Below the pieces are notes generated by a model. That model worked only from the letters and a program-made list of their open reading frames with translations. It did no database searches and was not told where the DNA came from. This document shows positions 55,512 to 64,000 of a stretch of 64,000 nucleotides of DNA, in pieces (positions within the stretch are counted from its first letter, which is position 1; each line of letters starts with the position of its first letter). The stretch comes from Escherichia coli (GTDB lineage Bacteria > Pseudomonadota > Gammaproteobacteria > Enterobacterales > Enterobacteriaceae), in NCBI RefSeq assembly GCF_003019035.1, contig NZ_CP027447.1, one strand, 5' to 3'. The translations under genes were made by a program, and so were the position numbers.

Positions 55512-56528
55512 TTATTTACGGTAATACTTTCGGCAAAGATAACAGACTCCTGCTATAATTCCTGAGATATAGTTATGCTGCACTAAAAGGTGTTTATATC
55601 TTTTTTTAAATTCAATAATTGATTTTGCATCTCGTGGAGAGTCATCTTTCCATGGTGAATTTTCTAAAGCTATTTTATAGTATTTTACCGATGGATAAAT
55701 TGCCCATTTGTGCCACGGTTTAGTTGCACCTGTATAATGAATAAGCAGAGTACTTTCTGTAATCAGTTTTTTATAGTTTTGATGTGTTTTGTCTTTTAAT
55801 TCACTTTTAATTGTATAAATTGTATTGTACTCACGAGGCAAAAATATTGTCATCCCTTTCAGTAAGACATTCATAACATCCTGATCAGGGTATTTATAAA
55901 CATTATCTTTACTCATAAGAATAGACAACGCTTTTTCGGTTAGTTTTGCGTTAGCCCATTTTTTTAAATCTAAATAAACGACACCGGAATTAAAGTACTG
56001 CCCAAGTAATTCAGGATCAGACAACCTGGATGCCGCCTTTTCCTGCATTGGGTCAACATCTTTAACAACAGCAGCAACCGCTCCGTTTAAATCCAGATAC
56101 AATAGTTGGCTAATATCGCCTTTACAAACAACATCTGCATCAAGATAAAGCAAACGATCAAGCGTTAAACCCAATAATTGAAATGCAAATAAACGGAAGT
56201 ACATTGCTCTTGACCAGACTTGTGTACAAGGCAAGCACTGAAGATTATCAGTATTTATTCTATAAAGTGTGATTCTTAATTGGTATTGCTCAGCAAGTTT
56301 TGCGACTTTTTGAAAGAAATCGTCGCTATAAACATCAGCAATAATATAAAAATCAAGATTAACATGTCGATTATTGATGACAATTGAAGTAATGGATACA
56401 CCTACAGCATCAAGATAATTTGCATCGACACCATAGGCAACATTTAAACTTTCAGCAGTATTTTCATCAATAAGCCTAAAATCCCAAGCTTTAACTTTAT
56501 CTATCTCTATGGCAGGAAATGAGTCCAC
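55512..56528 (-). CDS. waaJ: LPS outer-core alpha-1,2-glucosyltransferase (GT8)
   Basis: 338-aa ORF with GT8 features (DADVV DxD-type motif, YFNSGV); paralogous to the adjacent waaO; also called waaR in K-12-type clusters. Confidence 0.8.
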   Translation of the reverse strand: MDSFPAIEIDKVKAWDFRLIDENTAESLNVAYGVDANYLDAVGVSITSIVINNRHVNLDFYIIADVYSDDFFQKVAKLAEQYQLRITLYRINTDNLQCLPCTQVWSRAMYFRLFAFQLLGLTLDRLLYLDADVVCKGDISQLLYLDLNGAVAAVVKDVDPMQEKAASRLSDPELLGQYFNSGVVYLDLKKWANAKLTEKALSILMSKDNVYKYPDQDVMNVLLKGMTIFLPREYNTIYTIKSELKDKTHQNYKKLITESTLLIHYTGATKPWHKWAIYPSVKYYKIALENSPWKDDSPRDAKSIIEFKKRYKHLLVQHNYISGIIAGVCYLCRKYYRK

Positions 56529-56567
56529 AAGGCTACCCTTATATCATTACTTTATAGTTTCCCAGTT

Positions 56568-57587
56568 TTAATTCTTTATCTTTTCAATAAAATAAAAAAG
56601 ATAGTTGCTAAATCCTTTTAGATATCTATGCTTTTTAAGCATATGTTTTGCGCTATATCTTAATTGATTGCTATTATTCGGTTTCAGCAACGCCGTACTC
56701 TTCCATGGCGAAGCATTTTTTGCCTCCACAAAGGCTTGTGATACAGGATAATCCCAAGCCCAATCATGCCAGGGCTTGGTTGGACCGATATAGTGGATAA
56801 AAATAGTATCGTTGGTTACTGGGTTTGTAAAACTTTCTTTGAGTTGATAGTTTAAGCTAAACTGGGTGTTATATTTAATATCAGCAAAAATAAGTCTGTC
56901 TGCCAGCAACATATTTAATACATCCTGATCAGGATGTGTTATTTTTTTGACTATTTCCGGATCATTTAGCATTGCAATGGCTCGTGCAGAAACCTGCTGA
57001 GCCGCCCATTGGTCAGTATTAATCAATAAAAAACCGGAGTTAAAGTAACCTTTAGCAATTCCCGCAACACCTAACGAATGTGCGCGTTTTTCCCACCAGT
57101 CAGCTTGCCCTTCTGTAACAACCATTGCGACTTTATCGTCAGGAAATGAGAATTTAATTAGGGGCTCAATAGTCCCCTGACAAATGATATCTGCATCCAG
57201 ATAAAGGACTTTAGCCGCCTTATTAATAAAGTAATCTGCAATAACAAAACGAAAATATATTGCATGAGTCCAGTTCTTTGTGCTAGGCAATGAGCGCAGT
57301 CGATCACCATTAATCAGATATATTTTAATTCTGGTTTTATACTGCAACGCCAGTGCATCAAAATATTTACGATCATCATCACCAAAATAATCAGTAAAAA
57401 TATGGAAACACAATCGACTTCCTTCATTATACTTTAATATTGAAGCAATCGAAATTCCGCAACCAAATAGAAAATTTTTGTCAGTTCCATAAGCGATGTC
57501 CAGACAAAGATTTTCTGTTTCTACTTTATGATTATAATCAATAACTGAATTAAGAAACTCAGTCTCCTGGAAAAACACCTGCTGCAT
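56568..57587 (-). CDS. waaO: LPS outer-core alpha-1,3-glucosyltransferase (GT8)
   Basis: 339-aa ORF with GT8 motifs (LDADIICQG, YFNSGFLLIN); formerly rfaI. Confidence 0.85.
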   Translation of the reverse strand: MQQVFFQETEFLNSVIDYNHKVETENLCLDIAYGTDKNFLFGCGISIASILKYNEGSRLCFHIFTDYFGDDDRKYFDALALQYKTRIKIYLINGDRLRSLPSTKNWTHAIYFRFVIADYFINKAAKVLYLDADIICQGTIEPLIKFSFPDDKVAMVVTEGQADWWEKRAHSLGVAGIAKGYFNSGFLLINTDQWAAQQVSARAIAMLNDPEIVKKITHPDQDVLNMLLADRLIFADIKYNTQFSLNYQLKESFTNPVTNDTIFIHYIGPTKPWHDWAWDYPVSQAFVEAKNASPWKSTALLKPNNSNQLRYSAKHMLKKHRYLKGFSNYLFYFIEKIKN

Positions 57588-58666
57588 TATTTCCTCCGGG
57601 AAATAGCAGAAATAATTATCTTATGTAATCTATCGTAATACTTCGATTTATAAAACTTATCGATCGACTCAGGAATTTTTTCATGTTCGATATGAATTTC
57701 ACCTGCTATATATTTATTGAGAAGAGTTACAAAACCAGCAATATCTCCCGGTTGATACAGATGACCATTAACATCAGGTTGAATAATGTCAGCAGGCCCG
57801 GAGACACAATCGGCGCTGATGCAAGGAATTCCCCATGACAAGGCTTCAAGTAGGGTCATTGGGAAACCTTCAAAAGATGACGTGAGCAATAACGCACTCA
57901 CTTTTTTAATATCTTGCTGGACCAATTCCCAGGGATGTTGTTGCCAACCATACCAGACAACTCGATCATCAATATTTAATTCTCTACCATAAGCCTGGCA
58001 TTTTTCGAAATCGGAGCCATCTCCCAATACATGAAGTTTCCAGTCACCTTGCACTTGTGATAAGCCATCAAGGAGGTCTTTAACCCGCTTCTGGCCCTCG
58101 AATTTCATACGCCCAACATAAATGAACGTTGCCGTTTCGCCTTCCTCAGGCCCAGGAATAACTGTGTCTTTAGCTTCGACTGGATTAAAAATAACATTTA
58201 TCGTCGATTCTGGTACACCCCGATTAATCATTTGCTGTTTAATGCCAGAGCTGATGGCTAAATGATAATCGGCACAGGTGATATATTCATCATGTTTTTT
58301 GTGATCTAAAGAAAAATGCGGCCATGAAAATACAGGTACATCAATTCCCGATTTTTTACGAGCTTTGGCCGCATACAAACACGAGATCACGTCAATACAA
58401 ATAACAACATCTGGCTGATAATCCTGAAGCCATTTGCTTAAAGCATGAATATGTTTCGCCCGACGCAAACAACCTAAGCGAATATTGGAAAATGAACACG
58501 AGTACTTAATACCGTCCAGCCATCCCTTATCCATTTTGTCATTACGACAAAAGAAAAACATTTCACTATGGATATGTTGTTGCCTGAAGGTAGTAATAAC
58601 ATCACGAATGACTGTTTCCATGCCGCCAAATCCAGAAACAGCTTCGCCGATAAATGCTATTTTCAT
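57587..58666 (-). CDS. waaB: LPS core alpha-1,6-galactosyltransferase (GT4)
   Basis: 359-aa product from ATG 58666 (MKIAFIGEAVSGFGGMETVIRDVITTFRQ...); ORF-track start 58696 adds 10 codons. Confidence 0.88.
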   Translation of the reverse strand: MKIAFIGEAVSGFGGMETVIRDVITTFRQQHIHSEMFFFCRNDKMDKGWLDGIKYSCSFSNIRLGCLRRAKHIHALSKWLQDYQPDVVICIDVISCLYAAKARKKSGIDVPVFSWPHFSLDHKKHDEYITCADYHLAISSGIKQQMINRGVPESTINVIFNPVEAKDTVIPGPEEGETATFIYVGRMKFEGQKRVKDLLDGLSQVQGDWKLHVLGDGSDFEKCQAYGRELNIDDRVVWYGWQQHPWELVQQDIKKVSALLLTSSFEGFPMTLLEALSWGIPCISADCVSGPADIIQPDVNGHLYQPGDIAGFVTLLNKYIAGEIHIEHEKIPESIDKFYKSKYYDRLHKIIISAISRRK

Positions 58667-58709
58667 TGAAACTCTCATTAATTGAGTAAAACTCACTGTT
58701 TTAATGGTT

Positions 58710-59645
58710 TTATTTTTCTATAAAATCAGAAACAATTGTTGACATCATTTTATCAGGGCTGAATTTATATAAACTATCATAATCCATTGGTTTAACAGAT
58801 GAATTAATAAAATACTCTAACTTATCCCAATCATCATGCCCCATTATAAAAAAGCGAGATTCACTATAGATTTCTGAACCAAGGATATTTATATTATTAG
58901 TAATTAATTTTTTATTGAAAAATAGTGCCTCAAGTATACGAAGAGTCCAGCCAGATTGGTTTTCTTTAGTTATATCAATAATTATATTAGCATTTAATGT
59001 TCTGTTAATATTCTCTTCATAAGGTAATTGCTTTTCAATCAAATACTTTGAAGTCGGAGATGATGTCTTATCTTTGACAACATTAAAATCTAGCTTACAT
59101 CCTAGTGCTGTTAATCTATCGGCTAATTCATTAATTATTTGAAGACGTCCTTTATCACGACCAAGAAAAAAACATATTGGCTGACTGTTATTTTTGTCAG
59201 ATAAACTATAATTTATAACTTCATCCATTCCTATAGGAAAAAATTGTTTTATTGCCTTGGTCTTTTCATTCCCTATAAATCTATGCTCAAAATCATAGAT
59301 AATATCAAAATAATTAGAGTTATCAAAAATAAAATCTTCGCTGACAGTATTCCTTAGAAGTAATACTTTACGACAATTAATATTTCTTAATATTTGCTTG
59401 TTAATACCTTTATTAATGACACTGTCATTAAAGATAATTATATCATCCTTTTTTACAGCATTTAGGTGATGTTTGATAAATAATCGCCCCAACCATGCAT
59501 TATCCATCCCTAATTTCGAAATTTTCTTATTAACCCAGTTGTATTTGTTTGGTGTTGTTATATTTTTTATCTTGTACTTTTTTTTCAGGTACTGGATCAT
59601 CTTTAATTCATAATCTGCAACCCAGTTTATAAAATAAATAGTCAT
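58710..59645 (-). CDS. waaS: LPS core biosynthesis protein WaaS
   Basis: 311-aa [35 protein letters not shown]...; very AT-rich. Confidence 0.8.
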   Translation of the reverse strand: MTIYFINWVADYELKMIQYLKKKYKIKNITTPNKYNWVNKKISKLGMDNAWLGRLFIKHHLNAVKKDDIIIFNDSVINKGINKQILRNINCRKVLLLRNTVSEDFIFDNSNYFDIIYDFEHRFIGNEKTKAIKQFFPIGMDEVINYSLSDKNNSQPICFFLGRDKGRLQIINELADRLTALGCKLDFNVVKDKTSSPTSKYLIEKQLPYEENINRTLNANIIIDITKENQSGWTLRILEALFFNKKLITNNINILGSEIYSESRFFIMGHDDWDKLEYFINSSVKPMDYDSLYKFSPDKMMSTIVSDFIEK

Positions 59646-59681
59646 AATGAAGTTAATTCCAGTACATACTGATAAATATTT

Positions 59682-60479
59682 TTATAATCCTTTGCGTTGT
59701 GTTCGCTCTTTAATATGCTCGGCCTTAACACTTGCCATGTTCAATAAATTCCGTTCAAGAGATAATATCTTACGTAAAGGTATCCCAAAATAAACCTTCA
59801 TAAATCGCCAGATATCTCTCTGTGTTAGACCAATATTCATTGATGAGAAATATAAACCAATCAAATCTTTATCCCGCCAACGACGTGGTACTTTTGCCCG
59901 TATCTGCGCGCGATGCAGGTCTATTACCGAAATTTTTAACCCATCTTCCCGGCCAGTAAATGGCAAATGGAGCAAAAAGTGGCAAATATAACAGTCGCGG
60001 TGATTTATCCCTGCGGCGTGCATTTTGTGCACCATGGTTGCCACACGCGCGATCAGCATACGCTTAATATGTACATCAGGCGGGTTGACCGCCCAATCTG
60101 CACAATAATCTTCAAGGCTAATCGTGGGAGTGAGATCTTCGGTAATAATAAATGATGTGCGAGTTAATGGATTTAACCCTTTTTCACCAAACCCTATTCC
60201 GTGCATCGTATCAACACCGACATCATGCAGTCGATGAATAGCGTGCCACTCTCTGTCTGCGCCTAAAACGGGCATCCGCAATGAGAGCAGGTTTTTTATA
60301 ATTTCTTTTAAAGTCGTCCCTTTGTGCCACTTGAGGAAATAGCTTTTCCCGGCCAGTTCAAAGCGTAATGTGCGACGCGTCTCGAGTTCACGAAAGACCT
60401 CGCCATTCAGTTTTTTAACTTCTGCAAAGGCATCTTTACCACGCCAGAGTGTGGCAAGTGGCTCTTTTAATTCAACCAT
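59682..60479 (-). CDS. waaP: LPS core heptose(I) kinase
   Basis: 265-aa [40 protein letters not shown]...; kinase catalytic region [11 protein letters not shown]. Confidence 0.93.
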   Translation of the reverse strand: MVELKEPLATLWRGKDAFAEVKKLNGEVFRELETRRTLRFELAGKSYFLKWHKGTTLKEIIKNLLSLRMPVLGADREWHAIHRLHDVGVDTMHGIGFGEKGLNPLTRTSFIITEDLTPTISLEDYCADWAVNPPDVHIKRMLIARVATMVHKMHAAGINHRDCYICHFLLHLPFTGREDGLKISVIDLHRAQIRAKVPRRWRDKDLIGLYFSSMNIGLTQRDIWRFMKVYFGIPLRKILSLERNLLNMASVKAEHIKERTQRKGL

Positions 60480-61596
60480 CTAAACCACCTGTAATGATAT
60501 CTGCCGCTTTCTCCGGCAAGCTATACAAATCCTGAGTATCGGCGTAATACCGAGCATTCTCCGCCCAAGCCATGCGCAATGGAGATTGAGTTAACGCTTT
60601 ACGTAAAACGTCATTTAATTGTTCCTGGGAGAAAGGTTCAGCGATGACCGTTCCACAATTAGCATCCGCAATATAATGCGCGTACCCACATACCGCTGTT
60701 GTTAAAACAGGTAATCCAGCAGTGATCGCTTCAAGAAGAACGATACCCGCGGCTTCCTGATAAGCGGGATGCAGTAATAAATCAGCGGCTGCCATTAATT
60801 CTGACACATCATTGCGACCGGAGAAGAAATGCACATTGCTCCGCACGCCGAGTTTTTCTGCCAGCGCTTCAAACTTTCGCGGTTTATCCTGCCCAACAAC
60901 AAATAACAGCGTATTGTGACGTAATGATTCCGGTAACGATGCCAAAGCTTCAATTGAGCGATCCACACCCTTACGGCCAAAATCTGATCCAACCTGCAGT
61001 AATAAGTTTTGTTGTTCAGTGATGCCATTTTTCTGGCGATAAATTTCACGACTGTTTGGGATTTGCGCGCTGTATTTTCTGTCCGGGTAGATACCAGGAG
61101 GAAGAATTTGAAAACGTTCTGGTTCAGTTTGGTAATGCTTCTGGAAATCGGCGATTTGCTTATCCGTCAGCATCATGAGTTTCGTCGGTTTACCATGCTC
61201 GAAAGTCGCTCGCTCAAATGCAGCATAATGGCGATAGCGTGATGTTAAACGATAGAACAAGCCCTTTTCTTGCGCCACTTTCTCGGCATAACAGACATCA
61301 GCGGCAAAATAAACATCCAGCCCTGGCATCTTATTAAAGCCAACAACCCGATCAGCGGGATGTGCCTTCAGATGGTTTTGAACCCAGGCATAATATTCTG
61401 CATTACGTCCATGGTTAGTATGGGATTTAACCGGTACGCGAATAAGCTCAAATGCATCCGGGCAATCGCCTTCCCACGACTGTGTATATACCCGAACATG
61501 GTGGCCCCGTGTGGCAACTGTTGAGGCTATACGCATAAAGTCACGCTGTAGCCCACCAAATGGAAAATATTTATATAAGCAAAACGCCACGATCAT
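60472..61596 (-). CDS. waaG: LPS core alpha-1,3-glucosyltransferase I (GT4)
   Basis: 374-aa [44 protein letters not shown]...; overlaps waaP by 8 nt. Confidence 0.95.
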   Translation of the reverse strand: MIVAFCLYKYFPFGGLQRDFMRIASTVATRGHHVRVYTQSWEGDCPDAFELIRVPVKSHTNHGRNAEYYAWVQNHLKAHPADRVVGFNKMPGLDVYFAADVCYAEKVAQEKGLFYRLTSRYRHYAAFERATFEHGKPTKLMMLTDKQIADFQKHYQTEPERFQILPPGIYPDRKYSAQIPNSREIYRQKNGITEQQNLLLQVGSDFGRKGVDRSIEALASLPESLRHNTLLFVVGQDKPRKFEALAEKLGVRSNVHFFSGRNDVSELMAAADLLLHPAYQEAAGIVLLEAITAGLPVLTTAVCGYAHYIADANCGTVIAEPFSQEQLNDVLRKALTQSPLRMAWAENARYYADTQDLYSLPEKAADIITGGLDG

Positions 61597-62627
61597 AATT
61601 GTGCATTCCTGTCAGCTGAAGGGGCATCTTCTGGCAACAGCTTTTCCGTAGCGGCAATGACATCTTCCGCTGGAATAACAGAAAGATATTTTTTGTTGCG
61701 GTCAAGTTCGTGCCGGGTAGGCATTTTTTGATAATTCCCCGCCCAGAACTGAATAATATTCTCGGTCCATGGACGCCAGAATACATGATCAGTAGCCCCA
61801 AACAGGCTAATAACTGGCGTCTTCACCGCCGCCGCAATATGCCCCGGCGCAGAATCCACACCAATAAAGAGCACGGCATGATCAATTAATGCGCCCAGTT
61901 CAGGAAAACGTGTTTTACCGGCAAGGCCGGTAATAGGTTTTATTTGGCAGCCTCGTGCAATTTCATCTACGCAAGCGAGATCATCTGCCGAAGGGCCACA
62001 AGTCAGCACAACCTGATAACCACGATGTTGCAACGCATCGATAACCATAGAAAATTTATCGTTGTCCCAGCACTTAAATAGCTGTCGGGCTGTCGGCTGG
62101 ATAACGACATAATGATCTTTCACGCCCAGTGCATCTAATTCCTGGCGCATTTTCTTCCAGCAATCATCAGCATAACTCATTGTTGTTTCAGTATAAAAAT
62201 CGGTAATACCTAATGGCTCAAGGACCGACAAATTACGCTCAACAATATGTGTACCGTGTATAGGCGCTAAGTGTGTAAAGCTTTTTTTCCAAATGCCATG
62301 CTGCCGATGACCATAAAGCTGCGATATTTTCATCCGTGCAGGTAAACAACGTACCAGCAGGGCCACCATCCACTGATCCGTAAGATTAATGACTAGGTCG
62401 TAATCATTCGCACGCAGAGTTTTTATCAGTGAAAGTGCATTTTTAATTTTATCGAATGTTCCCGCACCTTTATTGCTTATACCATAGAGTGCATTAATTT
62501 CTGGGTTTTCAGATAAAATCGGAATTGTATCCTGGTAAAGCAGCATATCGATTTTAGCGTCGGGATAATTCTGCTTGAGTGTACTGATTACAGGAGTAGT
62601 TAATAACATATCTCCGTGATATCGCAT
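61593..62627 (-). CDS. waaQ: LPS heptosyltransferase III
   Basis: 344-aa product from ATG 62627 (MRYHGDMLLTTPVISTLKQNYPDAKIDMLLYQD...); ORF-track start 62663 is a GTG 12 codons upstream; true start not resolved. Confidence 0.88.
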   Translation of the reverse strand: MRYHGDMLLTTPVISTLKQNYPDAKIDMLLYQDTIPILSENPEINALYGISNKGAGTFDKIKNALSLIKTLRANDYDLVINLTDQWMVALLVRCLPARMKISQLYGHRQHGIWKKSFTHLAPIHGTHIVERNLSVLEPLGITDFYTETTMSYADDCWKKMRQELDALGVKDHYVVIQPTARQLFKCWDNDKFSMVIDALQHRGYQVVLTCGPSADDLACVDEIARGCQIKPITGLAGKTRFPELGALIDHAVLFIGVDSAPGHIAAAVKTPVISLFGATDHVFWRPWTENIIQFWAGNYQKMPTRHELDRNKKYLSVIPAEDVIAATEKLLPEDAPSADRNAQL

Positions 62628-62710
62628 CTTTATGACCAGGATTTTTCGAAATGGCTTTTCCACTAGCGACTCTTTTGTGTGATTGTCTGGTTAAGTTAAG
62701 CAGAAAAAAG

Positions 62711-62722
62711 CACGCTACCGCC
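62711..62722 (-). promoter_or_regulatory. ops element (RfaH recruitment site) within the JUMPStart sequence in the waaQ 5' leader
   Basis: Plus strand reads CACGCTACCGCC, i.e. GGCGGTAGCGTG on the transcribed (minus) strand; lies 85-95 nt upstream of the waaQ start. Confidence 0.85.
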
Positions 62723-63067
62723 CCAGGCTCAACAGCTACCCGAATACTGATAACGCACTTACTTTGACGCGCTAGTGTATCATTTCTTTCGCAGCAATCC
62801 GACCCGAATGATTTTTATACACAAAATATGATTTAATTATAAAAATCATATAGATAAAATTTTGTATACAGAGAATCCAGATATTGTCTATGTAAAGTTG
62901 CAATCCTGGCTGAAATTCAATGAATCGCATAAAAATACAAAAAAATGAAGATCTAGCAGCAGATCAGCTCAAACAGAGACTATTTAAGTCAAAAACGGGA
63001 AAAGTAATGGTAAAGCCACAGCTAAATACATAGAATCCCCAGCACATCCATAAGTCAGCTATTTACT

Positions 63068-64000
63068 ATGCTCGAATTGCTTTACACCGCCCTTCTCTAC
63101 CTTATTCAGCCGCTGATCTGGATACGGCTCTGGGTGCGCGGACGTAAGGCTCCGGCCTATCGAAAACGCTGGGGTGAACGTTACGGTTTTTACCGCCATC
63201 CGCTAAAACCAGGCGGCATTATGCTGCACTCCGTCTCCGTCGGTGAAACTCTGGCGGCGATCCCGTTGGTGCGCGCGCTGCGTCATCGTTATCCTGATTT
63301 ACCGATTACCGTTACAACCATGACGCCAACCGGTTCGGAGCGCGTACAATCGGCTTTCGGGAAGGATGTTCAGCACGTTTATCTGCCGTATGACCTGCCC
63401 GATGCACTTAATCGTTTCCTGAATAAAGTCGACCCTAAACTGGTGTTGATTATGGAAACCGAACTATGGCCTAACCTGATTGCGGCGCTACATAAACGTA
63501 AAATTCCGCTGGTGATCGCTAACGCGCGACTCTCTGCCCGCTCGGCCGCAGGTTATGCCAAACTGGGTAAATTCGTCCGTCGCTTGCTGCGTCGTATTAC
63601 GCTGATTGCTGCGCAAAATGAAGAAGATGGTGCACGTTTTGTATCACTGGGCGCAAAAAATAATCAGGTGACCGTTACCGGTAGCCTGAAATTCGATATT
63701 TCTGTAACGCCGCAACTGGCTGCTAAAGCAGTGACGCTGCGCCGCCAGTGGGCACCACACCGCCCGGTATGGATTGCCACCAGCACTCACGAAGGCGAAG
63801 AGAGTGTGGTGATCGCCGCACATCAGGCATTGTTACAGCAATTCCCGAATTTATTGCTCATCCTGGTACCCCGTCATCCGGAACGCTTCCCGGATGCGAT
63901 TAACCTTGTCCGCCAGGCTGGACTAAGCTATATCACACGCTCTTCAGGGGAAGTCCCCTCCACCAGCACGCAGGTTGTGGTTGGCGATACGATGGGCGAG
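63068..64000 (+). CDS. waaA: Kdo transferase (3-deoxy-D-manno-octulosonic acid transferase), 3'-truncated by the window edge
   Basis: Open frame from ATG 63068 to the window end; translation MLELLYTALLYLIQPLIWIRLWVRGRKAPAYRKRWGERYGF...; absent from the ORF track because no stop is in the window. Confidence 0.9.
   Translation, partial: MLELLYTALLYLIQPLIWIRLWVRGRKAPAYRKRWGERYGFYRHPLKPGGIMLHSVSVGETLAAIPLVRALRHRYPDLPITVTTMTPTGSERVQSAFGKDVQHVYLPYDLPDALNRFLNKVDPKLVLIMETELWPNLIAALHKRKIPLVIANARLSARSAAGYAKLGKFVRRLLRRITLIAAQNEEDGARFVSLGAKNNQVTVTGSLKFDISVTPQLAAKAVTLRRQWAPHRPVWIATSTHEGEESVVIAAHQALLQQFPNLLLILVPRHPERFPDAINLVRQAGLSYITRSSGEVPSTSTQVVVGDTMGE

Noticed and set aside
62627-62663. 12-codon N-terminal extension of waaQ from a GTG at 62663
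   Set aside because: The ATG at 62627 (MRYHGDM...) matches the N-terminus I recall for WaaQ; the GTG extension is possible but unsupported, so the shorter form was reported.

Overview
This window reads as an Escherichia coli chromosomal segment covering aldB - yiaY - selBA - yibF - rhsA locus - yibHI - mtlADR - yibT/yibL - lldPRD - trmL - cysE - gpsA - secB - grxC - yibN - gpmM - envC - yibQ - waaH - tdh/kbl - hldD/waaFCL - waaU..waaQ (LPS core cluster) - start of waaA. Gene identities come from reading the supplied translations against remembered protein families; no database search was run. Where a start differs from the ORF track it was re-derived by codon arithmetic and checked against the sequence. 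Housekeeping genes are densely packed with frequent stop/start overlaps. Several blocks look accessory or strain-specific compared with the K-12 layout as I recall it: (1) a GH127-like gene plus a hicAB toxin-antitoxin pair left of aldB; (2) a single auto-inhibited-type Fic/Doc gene between aldB and yiaY, preceded by twin palindromes; (3) an Rhs locus with an AT-rich C-terminal toxin tip and overlapping candidate immunity gene, then yibA, then an orphan rhs toxin/immunity module split by an intact ISAs1-family (H-repeat) element with a 9-bp target duplication, and a second degenerate ISAs1 copy; (4) a SadB-like lipoprotein plus a 1648-aa trimeric autotransporter adhesin with internal tandem repeats between yibL and lldP; (5) only a short spacer between kbl and hldD. 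The Fic island and the IS-bracketed orphan rhs module are my best candidates for something not yet described, but neither can be called novel without homology searches. No tRNA, rRNA or CRISPR array was seen.
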